Assembly (NCBI GenBank): GCA_028534125.1
Contig: CM052817.1
Location: 49,168,001 to 49,232,000, forward strand
Reading direction: 5' to 3'
DNA: 64,000 nt
Source of the DNA: Lama glama
Taxonomy: Eukaryota
In this document: positions 39,521-52,069 of the stretch, piece by piece
Layout: every line of letters begins with the position of its first letter
Position numbering within the stretch: the stretch's first letter is position 1
Position numbers and translations under genes: made by a program
The notes under the pieces: generated by a model
What the model was told of the DNA's origin: nothing
Databases searched by the model: none
What the model saw: only the letters and a program-made list of their open reading frames with translations

Positions 39521-40447
39521 CACCTAATTTAAGCTATTAAATAACACTGAGTGAAAAATCATGTGGTTCCCCGGGGTGCTGGTCCCTATTTCCTTGATTT
39601 GTATATAAAGATGTCATAGGGGAAAATTTCCCTGTAACAAGAAGACAATGATCGATTTGCTTTATCACAGAAGGAAAGGATTCTCTATCAAATATGTAGT
39701 AATTTACGCTATACCCCAATTAATCTTAAACATCCTGAAGTATTTGAGCAAACTCTTCCAAGTGACACTTTAAAAATTTTTTTTCATAAATATGTGCCAT
39801 GGGGAAAGATAATAATGCTGGTCATTGTGCATAGCCAAAGTTCCTAAAACTTACAAAGATGAGGCATAGCATTGTAAAAAGCTGGCCATGAGTGGAATAA
39901 GGTTAGAATTATAGTCCCAGTTGTTCTACTTGTCAAATATGTTTCTGGGTGTGCAATTCAACATTAGTTTCACTATCCATGAAATGGAGTGAATCACTTT
40001 CACCACACAAGATTGTGAAAAGGATTGAATTAGACAATGTATGTAAAAATGCCTTGTAATAAAGGCAACCAACTGGAAAGTACTACAAATTTTGACAAAG
40101 CAGCTTTGACAATAAGAACTGTTATTTTTCATTTAACAAAATTTTGGGATATACACATTTTATAAGTCATAGTATCACAGAGAACACAGATATCAGGTTT
40201 ATAACCTGCCTGCACTTTTTCTTTAAAATAGGGCCAGATTTCATTTCTTTTGCTGAAATAATTATATTAGTGCATTTAGGAATTTGAACTATATTGTTTT
40301 CCTTTCAAACTCTAGACCAATGGACCTATGAATGAGTGTAGCTGTCACATTAAATATTATTTTATAATAAAATAAAAATTATCTACCTAAATACACTTCT
40401 AAAGTTTCTTTTCATTTTAAAAGATCTGCAGTAGGAGAGTTTCCATA

Positions 40448-41177
40448 ATGGACATCACCATGCCTAAGAAGTTTTTCCATCTGCTGGTTTTTAATTTGAT
40501 GCTGACTCAAATTGTTCTAACTGGGAACGTGCTAATTTGGCCAACAGATGGTAGCCATTGGTTAAATATTAAGGTCATTTTAGAAGAGTTGAATCGAAGA
40601 AATCACAATGTGACTGTGCTGGCTTCATCAGAGACCATATTCATCAACTCCAGTCCTGATTCTCCTGTGAATTTTGAGGTGATACCTGTTTCCTACAAGA
40701 AGAGCAATATCGATTCCTTCATTGAACATATGATAATGCTGTGGATACATCACAGACCAACTCCTCTCACACTCTGGGCTTTCTACAAAGAACTAGGAAA
40801 ACTCCAAGAGACTTTTTTTCGAATTAATATCCAAATCTGTGATGGAGTATTAAACAACCCCGAGTTAATGGCAAGACTTCAGAAAGGTGGTTTTGATGTG
40901 TTGCTGGCTGACCCGGTAACAATCTGTGGAGACCTGGTTGCTCTGAAATTAGGAATTCCATTTATGTACACGTTGAGGTTCTCTCCAGCCTCAACAGTGG
41001 AGAGACACTGTGGGAAAATCCCAGCACCAGCCTCCTACGTACCGGCAGCCCTTTCCGAGCTCACTGACCAGATGACCTTCAGCGAAAGGGTTAAAAATAC
41101 CATATCTTATCCTCTGCAAGACTATATATTTCAATCCTACTGGGGAGAATGGAATTCATACTACAGCAAAGTTCTAG
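40448..41177 (+). CDS. UGT2A2: UGT2A2 alternative first coding exon (ATG 40448, second in-frame ATG 40460)
   Basis: MDITMPKKFFHLLVFNLMLTQIVLTGNVLIWPTDGSHWLNIK...YWGEWNSYYSKVLG matches the recalled UGT2A2 exon 1. SHW His and ADP Asp are intact. Ends CTA G|GTAAGT (phase-1 donor 41178). Confidence 0.95.
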
Positions 41178-41974
41178 GTAAGTCTCTAAAATAGTCTCTC
41201 ACTAATGATTCCAGATACCTTATTTATTCTAATTGTTAGTACAGCAAAATGCTCCCATACCAGTGCATATGCCAAGTTGAAGTAAATATACCTGTATCTC
41301 TGTAAACGTCCTTGAAAATTATCTTTGGACACATTCTTTAAAAAATAGACTGGTGGTGTTAATACATATGCTCTTGTCTCAAAGCAAATAATCTTCCCTA
41401 TTTAAAATGGTAATAGCTTTTCAATGTGGCAATCAATATTCAAATATAAATGAAAGCACCTTTACTAGGATAAATTATGACACTGAGAAAAAAATACCTT
41501 GGCAAATATTTTAAAGTGATATCTGGTTTACTTTCCCTTCTTTGTTCTTCATTCTTTCTTTGTCTGAAGAAGCTTTAAGATTGGGCACTGGAAACTTGAA
41601 TGTATACCCTCCTCTGCTTCTCAGTCTCTCTATCCTTAGGCTCCCCTGGGTGCCTGGGCCAGCACTGCCTCCAACTTAATTGCTCAGGGACGGTGGGCAA
41701 GCCTCAGGTTGCCTTGTCTCGCAGACTCCTTATGAGGAGCATACAAAATAAAGCAAGCTGTCAAGGCCAGTTCTGGTTGGTTGTTGATACTGCTTCTCTT
41801 TCTCACTTTTGTAAGTCCTCCTTAGTTAATTTTTCTATTTTCTTCTCTCCTGAATATATTTTTTTCTCTAGATCTATTTGTAGTAGCAGAGATGTTAATT
41901 CACAACAGGAATTAGTAGTTGATGCTGCCAGTGGTACTTTCTTACAAAGGTAGTATGACTATTCTTTTACTCAC

Positions 41975-42450
41975 CTTTCTGCCTTCCTCCAGCCCTCCTT
42001 CCCTCCCTCTCTCTGTTTCTTTTCCTTCCTTCCTCCCTCCCTCTCTTCCTTCACTTATTTTCCTCCCATCTTGTGTAGGAAAGTTACCAAATACCAACCC
42101 AATACCTCCCTCTTTTCTAGGCACTAGGAATGCAAGCGTTAGCCAAACCCATCAAAATCTCTATCTACCCTCATGGAGCTTACATTCTAGTAAAAAGGAG
42201 ACAAATGAATAAAATAAATATATAAAATATATAATAGGAGGAGAGTGTTAAGCGTGTGATATATACTATATGGTAAAATAAGACCAGATAGTTCTTAGTG
42301 TAGGGTTACACTTTTAAATAGAGTGGCAAGGGAAGGTTCCAAATGAAAGGATGACATTCAGACAAAGACCTGAGGGCAGTGAGGGTGAGAACCAACAGGA
42401 TCCCTGGAGGAAAAGCATTTCAGATGTAGATAAGAACAGTGCAAAGACCT
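41975..42450 (-). mobile_element. CT-rich tract followed by an L2 fragment
   Basis: (CCTT/CCCT)n, then TTCTAGGCACTAGGAATGCA, CCCTCATGGAGCTTACATTCTAG. Confidence 0.65.
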
Positions 42451-43120
42451 GTGTTAAGCCATAGAAGCAGGATTTACGTAAGGATTTACAATAAAGATTT
42501 ATTGTAACTCGACCTTAATCTGACCTTCCACAAGTAGGATCTCTAATTTTTTTTCTTTTCTTTTTCTTTTGGAATACTCTTTAACCAGTGTTCCATCACT
42601 TAAACTTTTAAACATCTTTGTAGAACTGATTTAGACGGAAGACACTAAACATACCACACGTATAAATGAAACATACAGAAGCTAATTAAAATCTGCATAT
42701 ACCTTTGAAAATATGGTAGAATTTTGAAGGCAAAATTCAGTGGTTTTGTATTTTTTATAATGTAACGTAACTGTATTTTTTTCCTGGATTTCAAATTACA
42801 TAGGCCTCAAAAACATACTTAGCTTTAAATGTAGGTGTTATTCACATGATTACTCCCCAAAACATTTGAAATATGTGCTATAATAATCATCACTGAGCAT
42901 ATATGTATCACACACTAACGACTGCAGGTTTGAATGACATAGCAGTCTGTATTTCTTAAATAGGGAGCTGCAAAAAGTAAAATAGTGAAAGTTCTCGCAA
43001 AGCACAGGAGATTCTGTGTTCAAGTTCCACTTGCTAATTCTGTGATCTCAGGCAGATAACTTAAACTCTGAGTCACAGTACATCCTTCTCTTTAAAGTGG
43101 GGTAATTATTTCACTGTATT

Positions 43121-43418
43121 ACTATTTTTTAATTGAAGTATAGTCAGTTACAATGTGTCAATTTCTGGTGTACAGCATAGTGACCCAGTCATGCATATAT
43201 ATATACATATATTTGCTTTCATATTCTTTTTCATTAAAAGTTATTACAAGATATTGGATATGGTTCCCTGTGCTGTACAGAATAATTTGTTTTTATCTAT
43301 TTTTTATATATAGTGGTTAACCTTTGCAAATCTCAAACTCCCAAATTTATCCCTTCCCACCCCCTTTCCCCCTTAACCACAGATTGTTTATTATGTCTGT
43401 GAGTCTGTTTCTGTTTTG
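43121..43418 (-). mobile_element. Short cetartiodactyl-type L1 3' end inserted into a MIR
   Basis: TTTTTTAATTGAAGTATAGTCAGTTACAATGTGTCAATTTCTGGTGTACAGC; TSD TATTTCACT(G/A)TATT at 43107-20 and 43419-32. Confidence 0.85.
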
Positions 43419-44549
43419 TATTTCACTATATTCTCTAGGATGATCATATGACAGTATATGTATGGCTATTCTGTAGCAACTGAGAAGGATTATACTTATG
43501 TTGACTGTCATTTACACCAAACTACATGAGAACTCTGCAGTGACAATGCCCTAATTACACTACCACAGGGCTCTGGTACATAGAGTAGTCAGTAAATATC
43601 TATAGAAAACAAATGACCTCTGGGATATACTAAATCTCCTCTCTCAAAGGAAACCATGGCAAATTATATAATGTGTGAAAAAGGCTTTGTGAAACAGAAT
43701 GTTCCTGATTTCTCATTTTCACAGGATAATAATCTAGTTTCAGAAATCCCACTTATTAAGAGATTAAATATCTTATTTACTTAAAACCTTTACGCTCCTC
43801 ATGTTACTAAACATAGTTAGACAACAAATAACTACCTTGAATATTCTATTTCAAATTGAAGTACATTTTCAAGAAGAACTGGTAAAATCCAATCTGTTTT
43901 TTGTTTGCAATTACATTCTTAAAGTATTAGCAACACCTGTTAACCGTAAACTGATGCTGAAACAGGGCAGGTACCTTGTATTCGATATTATTATCTTTGA
44001 ACAAAAGAGATTTCATAACATGTCAAATATCTCTGTGTTCCCTTTTCAATAGCTATTCTTCATTTCTGTGAGAAAAAAATTAGAAAAATAACATTTAACT
44101 GTGGTAAAGAAAAAAATGATACAGATCTGTTTTCAAGGAAACAGAAGTAAGTAACAAGGAAATATCTAATTGCACCGTTTAAAAATCCTATTGTATTTAT
44201 CAATGAGAAAATCATTTATGGATGAAGCAGATAAAAATGATGATCAATTCCATTTTAAATATGCATCTAACTCCTAATGGAACAAGCGTGTCTAGGTATA
44301 TGCTAGTCGCTGTTATTCATATCCAGGAGTGACTCTATTCATCTTGCCCTGGCTGATTGTCCTGTGGTATCTTCAAATTGCCCTGAGCTGGATCTCTCCC
44401 TCCACCTCAGGGAGATCTGCTGTACATACAGCAAAAGGATAGTTCTCATGTGGGCAGGATTTGGGACCACCCTTTGCTGCAGCTATAGGAAGACCAAGGG
44501 CTTGAAAGTTGCAGTGAAAATAGTGAATTCGGTAAGGAAACTGGATGGC

Positions 44550-45060
44550 TGTCGGAGCCAGCCGACAACGAGCAGGTCCAGAAACCTGTGCTACAGGACT
44601 GAGAAAAGAAAGACGACACTAAAAGGTGGGGTTGAGAGGGTCGCACTCTAANNNNNNNNNNNNNNNNNNNNNNNNNNNNNNNNNNNNNNNNNNNNNNNNN
44701 NNNNNNNNNNNNNNNNNNNNNNNNNNNNNNNNNNNNNNNNNNNNNNNNNNNTGTCTTCTAAACTTAAGACCACCTGATAGCGTGTAGTAAAATCATTAAC
44801 TTGTGTATTGTTCCCATAAACCGCCATAGGCTTAGATCAGTAACTTGTATGCTGATTGTATCTTCTTGCCCAAAGGCCATTAGTGTCTCATTAGCATAGG
44901 ACGTTCCTGAGGTTTTAAGATTCCTTGGCGCAAACATCTCAAAGGGGTGGTGGGACAGAGATTGTCTTTGATAGATCAACCTCAAAGCCTGACGCTAGCA
45001 CTCAAGATTTATTATCCTGTTTTGTGCCGGCCGTCCTCAGGTCATGAGTGGCTCCCCACA
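44550..45060 (-). mobile_element. Young ERV2/betaretrovirus-like LTR ends (solo LTR or collapsed provirus) spanning the 100-N gap
   Basis: On the - strand it begins TGTGGGGAGCC and ends GGCTGGCTCCGACA (TG...CA). Perfect 6-bp TSD GATGGC at 44544-44549 and 45061-45066; CpGs retained. Confidence 0.85.
44652..44751. other. Assembly gap (100 N, probably unsized)
   Basis: Run of N inside the ERV2-like LTR. Confidence 1.
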
Positions 45061-45529
45061 GATGGCCTCATGTTGCCTGTGTCTTTTGGTTTCCTGGTTT
45101 GTCTCCGTCTTTCCCTGCACACTGCAGAGGAGGAAAGGAAAGCCCAGTGCTAATCTACGCGCCAAGTGTAGCCTACTCTTACCTGTCAGTACCACGTGGG
45201 CTCCGTGTTGGTCCCTCTTTCCTGACTGCTAAATTGTGGATGGATTCCTTAGAACTAAACCTTTCCCTAGCTTTCCCCAAATTTCCTGGAACTGAGCTGC
45301 ACTACTCAACATTTTTATATTTGATCCTGGCTACCTTTCTGGATCTAGTATTTTGTTTATTTGCTTCTTTTTCTGTATCCCACTCCCATTCTAATCCCCA
45401 TTGCCAACCTCTCATCCTTTTCCCAGAAAACTTGGATCTCTCCGTTCATCTGTCCTCATGTAAGCTTTTAATTCCTCCTCACATACCACTTTCCTGCGGT
45501 CAGTGCTGTGAGATTTCTAAAATTCTGTG

Positions 45530-46270
45530 TAACCTTTCTTTTGAGATTAAACGTAAATCATAAATTGTACAGCTCATTGCAGTTTTGCAATATAAACCCA
45601 TCCATGCAAACCAGTATCCAAACCAAAAAGCAAAACACTACTACACTCATAACTCCTTACTGTTCTTCATACCAGTCCCTACAACTCCTGTCTGATGGAT
45701 CGACTTTCTTGACTTCTGACACCACAGATTAAATTGACTGATTTAAACTGTGTAAATGAACCACACATTATGGCTCTTCTGTATTTTGCACCTTCTGCTT
45801 AATGTCATGATGTTTATATTTGTTCAAGTTGTTGCATGCAGGTATAGTGTGTTCATTCTCATAGCTATACGGAGTCTAATGTATTAATATACATTTTACT
45901 TATCCATGCTACTGTTGGTGGACACGCAGACTATCTTGGTTTTGGCTATTTATGATAAACACTGCTATGAACATTCATGTACACGTCTTTTAGTGAATAT
46001 ATATGTGCCATACTAGGGGGTGTATACATGAGAGTGGAATTGCTAAGTTGCAGGGCATGTATATGTTTAGCTTTAGAAGATGCTGCTAAATTCTAGTTTC
46101 CCAAGGGCTTGTGCCAGTCAATAATCTCATCAGCCATTTCCAGCTGTTCTCCATTCTCATCACCAGTTAGTATTTTCTTTTTGTTCTTTTTTTTATTGTA
46201 ACCATACTATTGATGTGCAGTGCTATCTCATTATTATTTTTTACTAAGGGCTAATTTACATTTTCTTAAA
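45530..46270 (-). mobile_element. Old L1M 3' fragment
   Basis: CTGCTATGAACATTCATGTACACGTCTTT, GAGTGGAATTGCT, CCATTCTCATCACCAG. Confidence 0.7.
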
Positions 46271-46799
46271 AATGCTACCTCAGTGCCCTTTATAACGTAC
46301 CTTTCTGTATCTGCTTCAGCTCATTTCAGTTTAACTTAATACAATTCAATACATTCAGTGACGTAAGACAATCTGCCAGGTATTGTCAGATATATAATCT
46401 GACACACCCTTGATCCCCTAAGGGAGCTATAATATGCAATTTACACATTAGTAAATTATATATACATTTATAACAACAATCAGATTAGATATAATAAAAG
46501 TTGCCTGAAGAAGTACACTAAAAATTTTACCTTTAGCTAGCATGCATTTTTTCATTACCTATTTATACTTTTACTATTTGTACTTGCTTATTTTACATAC
46601 ATATAGATGTTTTCAGATTCTTAAAAAGGTACATATACAATGTGATTTGTGTTATCAAATGTATGCACCTTTGTAACCAACACATCAATCAATCTCTAGG
46701 ATCCCTTCCTAACATAGCTGCTCTCCAGACCTTTTCAGATACTTATCAGACTGAATAACCTCACCACTCAGTTTTCATTCCTTTTATTTACATCCATTT

Positions 46800-49447
46800 T
46801 TCTTTTTCTTACTGAAGTATAGTTGATTAATAATATTATATTAGCTTCAGGTGTATGACACAGTGATTCAAAATATTTATAGATGATATCCCATTTAAAG
46901 TTATAAAATAATGGCTCTATTTCCCTGCTCTGTACAATGTATCCTTATTGCTTATTTATTTTATACATAGTAGGTTATAACTCTTAATCCTCTAACCGTA
47001 TCTTACCCACTTCCCCCTCCCCACTGGTAGTCACTAGTTTGTTCTCTGTATCTGTAAGTCTATTCCTGTTTTGTTGAAGATACATTCATTTTATTTTTTT
47101 AAATTCCACATGTAAGTAATAAATTAGAGTATTTGCCTTTCTCTGTCTGACATTTCTTGAAGCATAATATCTTCTAGGTCCATTCACGTTCTTGCAAGTG
47201 GCAGACTTTCATTCTCTTTTATGGTTGAGTAATATTTCATTGTATACGTACACCACATCTTTTTTATCCATTCATCTGCTGATGGACACTTAGGTCACTT
47301 CCATAACTTGGCTATTGTAAATAATGCTGCTGTGAACATCAGGGTGTATGTATCTTTTTGAGTAAGTGTTTTTGTTTTCTTTGAACTTCGGCTTTTCTTT
47401 GGTGGGTTTCTTAATGCATTCTATAATTGTTTTTTAACTGTAGAAGTAACATTGTCATGTTGTCACTCATGTTCAGTTTGTGATCCATCAAGCATCCATC
47501 ACTGATCTAGTTTTCTATTCAGTGATTCTGCAGCTAATGCCCTTCCTAGATGTACCATCTGTACATCTAAAAGTGAGTGGACTGGACTCCATAGAGGAGG
47601 TGTAACCAAGGGAAGAGTGGAGGTGATGCCTGTGATCCCAGCAACTCAGCTGCAGAGAACATGGTAGCAGCAGGGAAGCCAGTGCACAGGACTGACTCCT
47701 GCCTCCTGGCAGCAAGGCACTTGCAGCCCCAGCTAACTGGGCGGCAGTAGGAGCTGGGCCTGTGGCTCTGTCCCTCCAGCCATGGAGGAACCCACAACTC
47801 CAGTCCCTGGCCCCTGCTGTCAGTGGCAGTGCCTGTGAACCCAGCAACCCCAGGCACAGCAGAGGCACCTGTAACCCCCGCTTCACCCCATCTTCCCCCT
47901 CTCCCTGTGCAAACCAAGCCCCTCTGACATAGGAGACCCCAGACACAGCAGCAGAAGTGCCCATCATCCTGGAACCTCAGGCAGAGAAGCCAGTGACACC
48001 AGCAGCAGCAAGGCTCCAACGACCCAAGAGGCACAAGCAGTGCAAGGAGGGCACCAGGCAACAGCTCTGACAGTTAGTGGAGGGTGGAAAATGCCTACTC
48101 AAATATAGTAGAGTAAGAGAAACCAAAAACTTGTGCTATAGTGTCATCTACTGGAAAACAGTAGAAAGACCTTTAATTTCTAACCAGCCAAATCATTAGA
48201 ATCAAGTTTAAAAAATTTTGGTTAAAGAAAATAGGTGTTTGCTATTTCAAATGTGCCAGCAGAGGAACAACTCATCAAGCATCATGAAGAGCCACAGTAA
48301 CATTGTACCACTAAGAAAATGACTGTTCTCCAGAAACCGAACTTAAAGTCACAGATCTGACAGCTACAGTTAAAAACCTCAACAAGCCACAAGAAAATTC
48401 GGCAAGGCAATTCAGTGAGCTCAGGAATTAAATTATTAAATTAATTAACAGAAAGAATACTTTACATGGGAGATTTAAACTCTAAAAAGAACCAAACAGA
48501 AATTCTGGCACTGAAGAATTCAGTAAGCTGGAAGTACCACATACCCTGATTTTGAATTATATCACAAAACTGAAATAATCAAAACAGCATGGAATTGGCT
48601 GAAAAACAGATACATAAATCAATGGAACAGAAGTGAGAGGCCAGAAATAAACCCACACACATATAGGCAATTAATTACTGACAAAGGAGCAAAGAACATT
48701 CACTGGAGAAAGGATACTCTCTTCAATGAATGGTGTTAAAATACTGGACAACTACATGCAAAAAAATAAAACTAAAACATTATCTCACATCATACACAAA
48801 AGTCAATTCAAAATGGATTAAAGACTTATATGTAAAACATACTATAAAACTCCTAAAAGGAAACATAGACATACTTTTTAGGCATAGGTATTAAAAATGT
48901 TTTTCTGGATATGTCTCCTCGGGCAAGGGAAACAAAAGCAAAAATAAGACAAGTGGGACTACATCAAACTAAAAAGCTTCTGTATAGCAAAGGCAAATGC
49001 CAACAAAATGAAAAGACAACTTACATGATGGGAAAAGATATTTGCAAATCATGTATCTGATAAAGAGTTAATATCCAAAATGTATATAAAGAACTCATGT
49101 AACTCAGTAACGACAAAAAAGCAGCCAAACTAAAAAATGGGTAGAGAAGCTGAGTAGACATACAGATGGCCAACAGGCATATGAAAAGATGCTCAACATT
49201 ACTAACTATCAAATGCAAATCAAAACCACGAGATATCACCCCACGCCTGTTAGAACTGCTGTTATCAAAAAGGGAAGAAATAACAAGTGCTGGTGAGGAT
49301 GTGGAGAAAAGGGAACCCTCATAAACTGTTAGCAGGAACGTAAATTGGTGCAGCCACCAAGGACAGTATGGTGATTCCTCAAAAGATTAAGAATAGAATT
49401 ACCATATGCTTGAGCCATTCCACTTCTGGTATTTATCCAAAGAACAC
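46800..49447 (-). mobile_element. Rearranged L1: antisense 3' end (46800-47382) plus inverted 5'UTR/ORF1-start/ORF2 block (~47530-49447)
   Basis: The + block ends at TATTTATCCAAAGAA and the - block begins at AAGAAAACAAAAACAC, which are contiguous positions in L1 ORF2. GC-rich 5'UTR-like segment; ORF1-like ATGAAGAGCCACAGTAAC at ~48284. Confidence 0.75.
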
Positions 49448-52069
49448 TTCATAGTCTTTCTGTTTGTTATTCATGAAGAGCACTGGCTAGTTACTTTTTA
49501 GAATATCCCTTTTTTTTTTTCCTGGTGTTCTCTGGTGATTAAGGTGAGATTAGGCTTCAGGGATAAGAATACCGCAGAGGCGGTCTTGTGTCCCTCACCA
49601 CATGGTCTATCGCAGGTGTACCTATTATAGATAGAAAGGTATTACTAGTGACCATGTTTTAATCACTGAGTTAAGATGGTGTCTGCTAAGAGTCTCATGA
49701 TTTTACCCTTTGTAATTAACAAGTATCCTGACAGGAGATACTATGAGACAATGTGAAATATATTAATTACATGTTTGCACATATTTTTGCAATCCTTTAC
49801 AGTAAAAAACAATATTTACAGAAGGAGTAATGGAAATAGAAAATCACCATTAGGCAAACTCATAGTAATAACTATTGCAGGGTATACAAAAATCTCTATA
49901 CTTAATTTGCAACTTTTTATGTCTAAAATTATTATTTATATAAAGATTTAAGATAATTGGAAAATTTTGTTAAAAGAACATGAATGAAGAGCTTAGTTGG
50001 GCAGTTTGGGTTGCATGAAAAAGGCACAAGCTTTAAAGAGTGAAAAAAGACTTGGAGAAAAGGCATCAAGTAGGCAAAACCAATAGCTAGAATCAGACGT
50101 CTTAGTCTATTCTCCATGTCTCTTCACCATTCTATCATATTTCCTATTCCATGTTTTTTTTTCTTTTTATTCAGAATGTAACTCTAAGTAACATCTTCAG
50201 ATTTCTCTTTTGCGTCACTGTTTATTTCTACAGTTGTGCTTAATCTACTCTTCAATCTAGCCCTTGAATTTTAAGTTTCATGTGTTGAATTCTTAATTTC
50301 CAGTAATTCTCTTTGTTTTTTTTAACAGATTTTCACAATTATTCTTTTTAATCCCTTGTTCCTTGCTCATATTTTCAGACTTCTCTTTCATACCCTTAAA
50401 AATGTTGTACAAGAAAACTGTATTTTTTGTCTCAAACAATAATAATATTTCTAATCATTATGTTAATATTTCTGATTTCTGTTGCTTGCACTGTTTCTCA
50501 GTCATGAGGTCTTGTTTCTTTGCAAATTATTTACTCTGGAATTTTACCTGTGGGAAGCCTTTGAAGCTGGGGTCAAAGTTTCTTCAAAGAGGCTTTTCTA
50601 ATTTGAACTGAAAATCAAATTAGAAAATTTGAAGGTTGACTTTGTTAAGAATTCTAAGGGAAGATTTTTTTTTTATCCACACAAAGCCAAGAAATTTTCC
50701 CTGCTATAAACTTCTCTGTAAGGGAACTCGTTTGTAGAAGTGAGGCCAGATCTTGGGAATCTAGCATTATGTGAATGTTATGTGGGGTGTGGGGGTCTTA
50801 GATAAGCCTTGAGACTTTCCTTCTCCCCTCTCCTGCCACTTTACTGTGTATTCTTCAAAGAAACATCAAGCTTGAACATCAGAATCCCTGCTTTGACTTT
50901 GTCTAGGGATTCTGCTGATTTTTTAACTTCCTTGCCAAATCAAAAAATGACCTAATTTTATATTTTATCCAAAATTTTAAATATTTCAGTTTGACGTAAG
51001 TGAAAATATGCCTACACTTTTAAATTTATGCAAATAAATCTTTCCTCATAACCTGAACTCTTAGTTTTCTCATAACAAAGTAGCTAGAAATATCTCTCTA
51101 ATAACACATACATTGTGGAGTCAGTTTCTGAGCTGTATTATGTATCTTTGCTCGCTCTTTGGCTTTGTTTAAACTGTTTACAGTATTTCATGAACTTTGG
51201 CATAGTGAATAGATAAATTTATCAGTCTTTTTTTTAATCACTTCAAGATTATTTACCCTGTATAAAAGAACTTTCACCCTCTAAGATTATAACGTTATCT
51301 CAGTTTTCTTCTAATGGTTTCATGGTCCTGCCCTATCTTCCTATTTTCTGACTCTCTTTTGAACTCTGCTTTTTACCAATTACTGTAAGAACTTATGCAA
51401 AGCTTAATTATGCAACACAGCACCACTCTCAATCTTTGATCCTGGATTTATCTTGGCATCTTTTAAGCAAATGTACTCTAGGTTTTCATTTTAGCAAAAC
51501 AGAAAAACTCTTAATGGATTTGAAATTTTATTATGGCTCTTTCAAATTATTGAAATGAATATAATTTTGTAACTGAATAAACCCCTTGATATAACTATGT
51601 TACACTTCGTAGAACACACATACATTAATATTCTCTTTTACTTGTAAGTGATAATTTTCAAATTGCTAGACTCTTAAAGACTTAGCTAACTCATAATTTC
51701 ATCATTCCCTTCCTCTCCCACGCAACCTCCTTCATGGGCTTTGCCCCTCTGCAGTTCATCTCTCCTTCTTAAGATCTATCTTCCTTATACTTGTGGAATT
51801 AGTATTTTTTTAACTGGTTTATTTTCTGTAATAATCTGTGAAATCCCTTTGGATTGGAACTGTATCTTACTCGTCTCTTTATGCCCTGTGTATAATATAC
51901 AATCTGGCCTATACTAAGTGCTAAACACAGCTTGTTGAAGGTATGACATAGCAAATGATTTGGACAATAATTGTAATTGGATTGAAAGATGGATGGATGA
52001 TTGGACACAAAACCTCTACTTCTAAATTTTACCCCTCCCTTGTGATTCACAGGCACACGCAGTCATTCA

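Noticed and set aside
44364..44651. ORF containing GFGTTLCCSYRKTKGLKVAVKIV, resembling kinase subdomains I-II
   Set aside because: The glycine loop is incomplete, the spacing is off by one, the ORF runs into the ERV LTR, and no later kinase motifs appear beyond the LTR; probably chance.
47515..48061. 150-164 aa minus-strand ORFs (similar case at 58649-59036)
   Set aside because: GC-rich L1 5'UTR sequence with no protein-family features.
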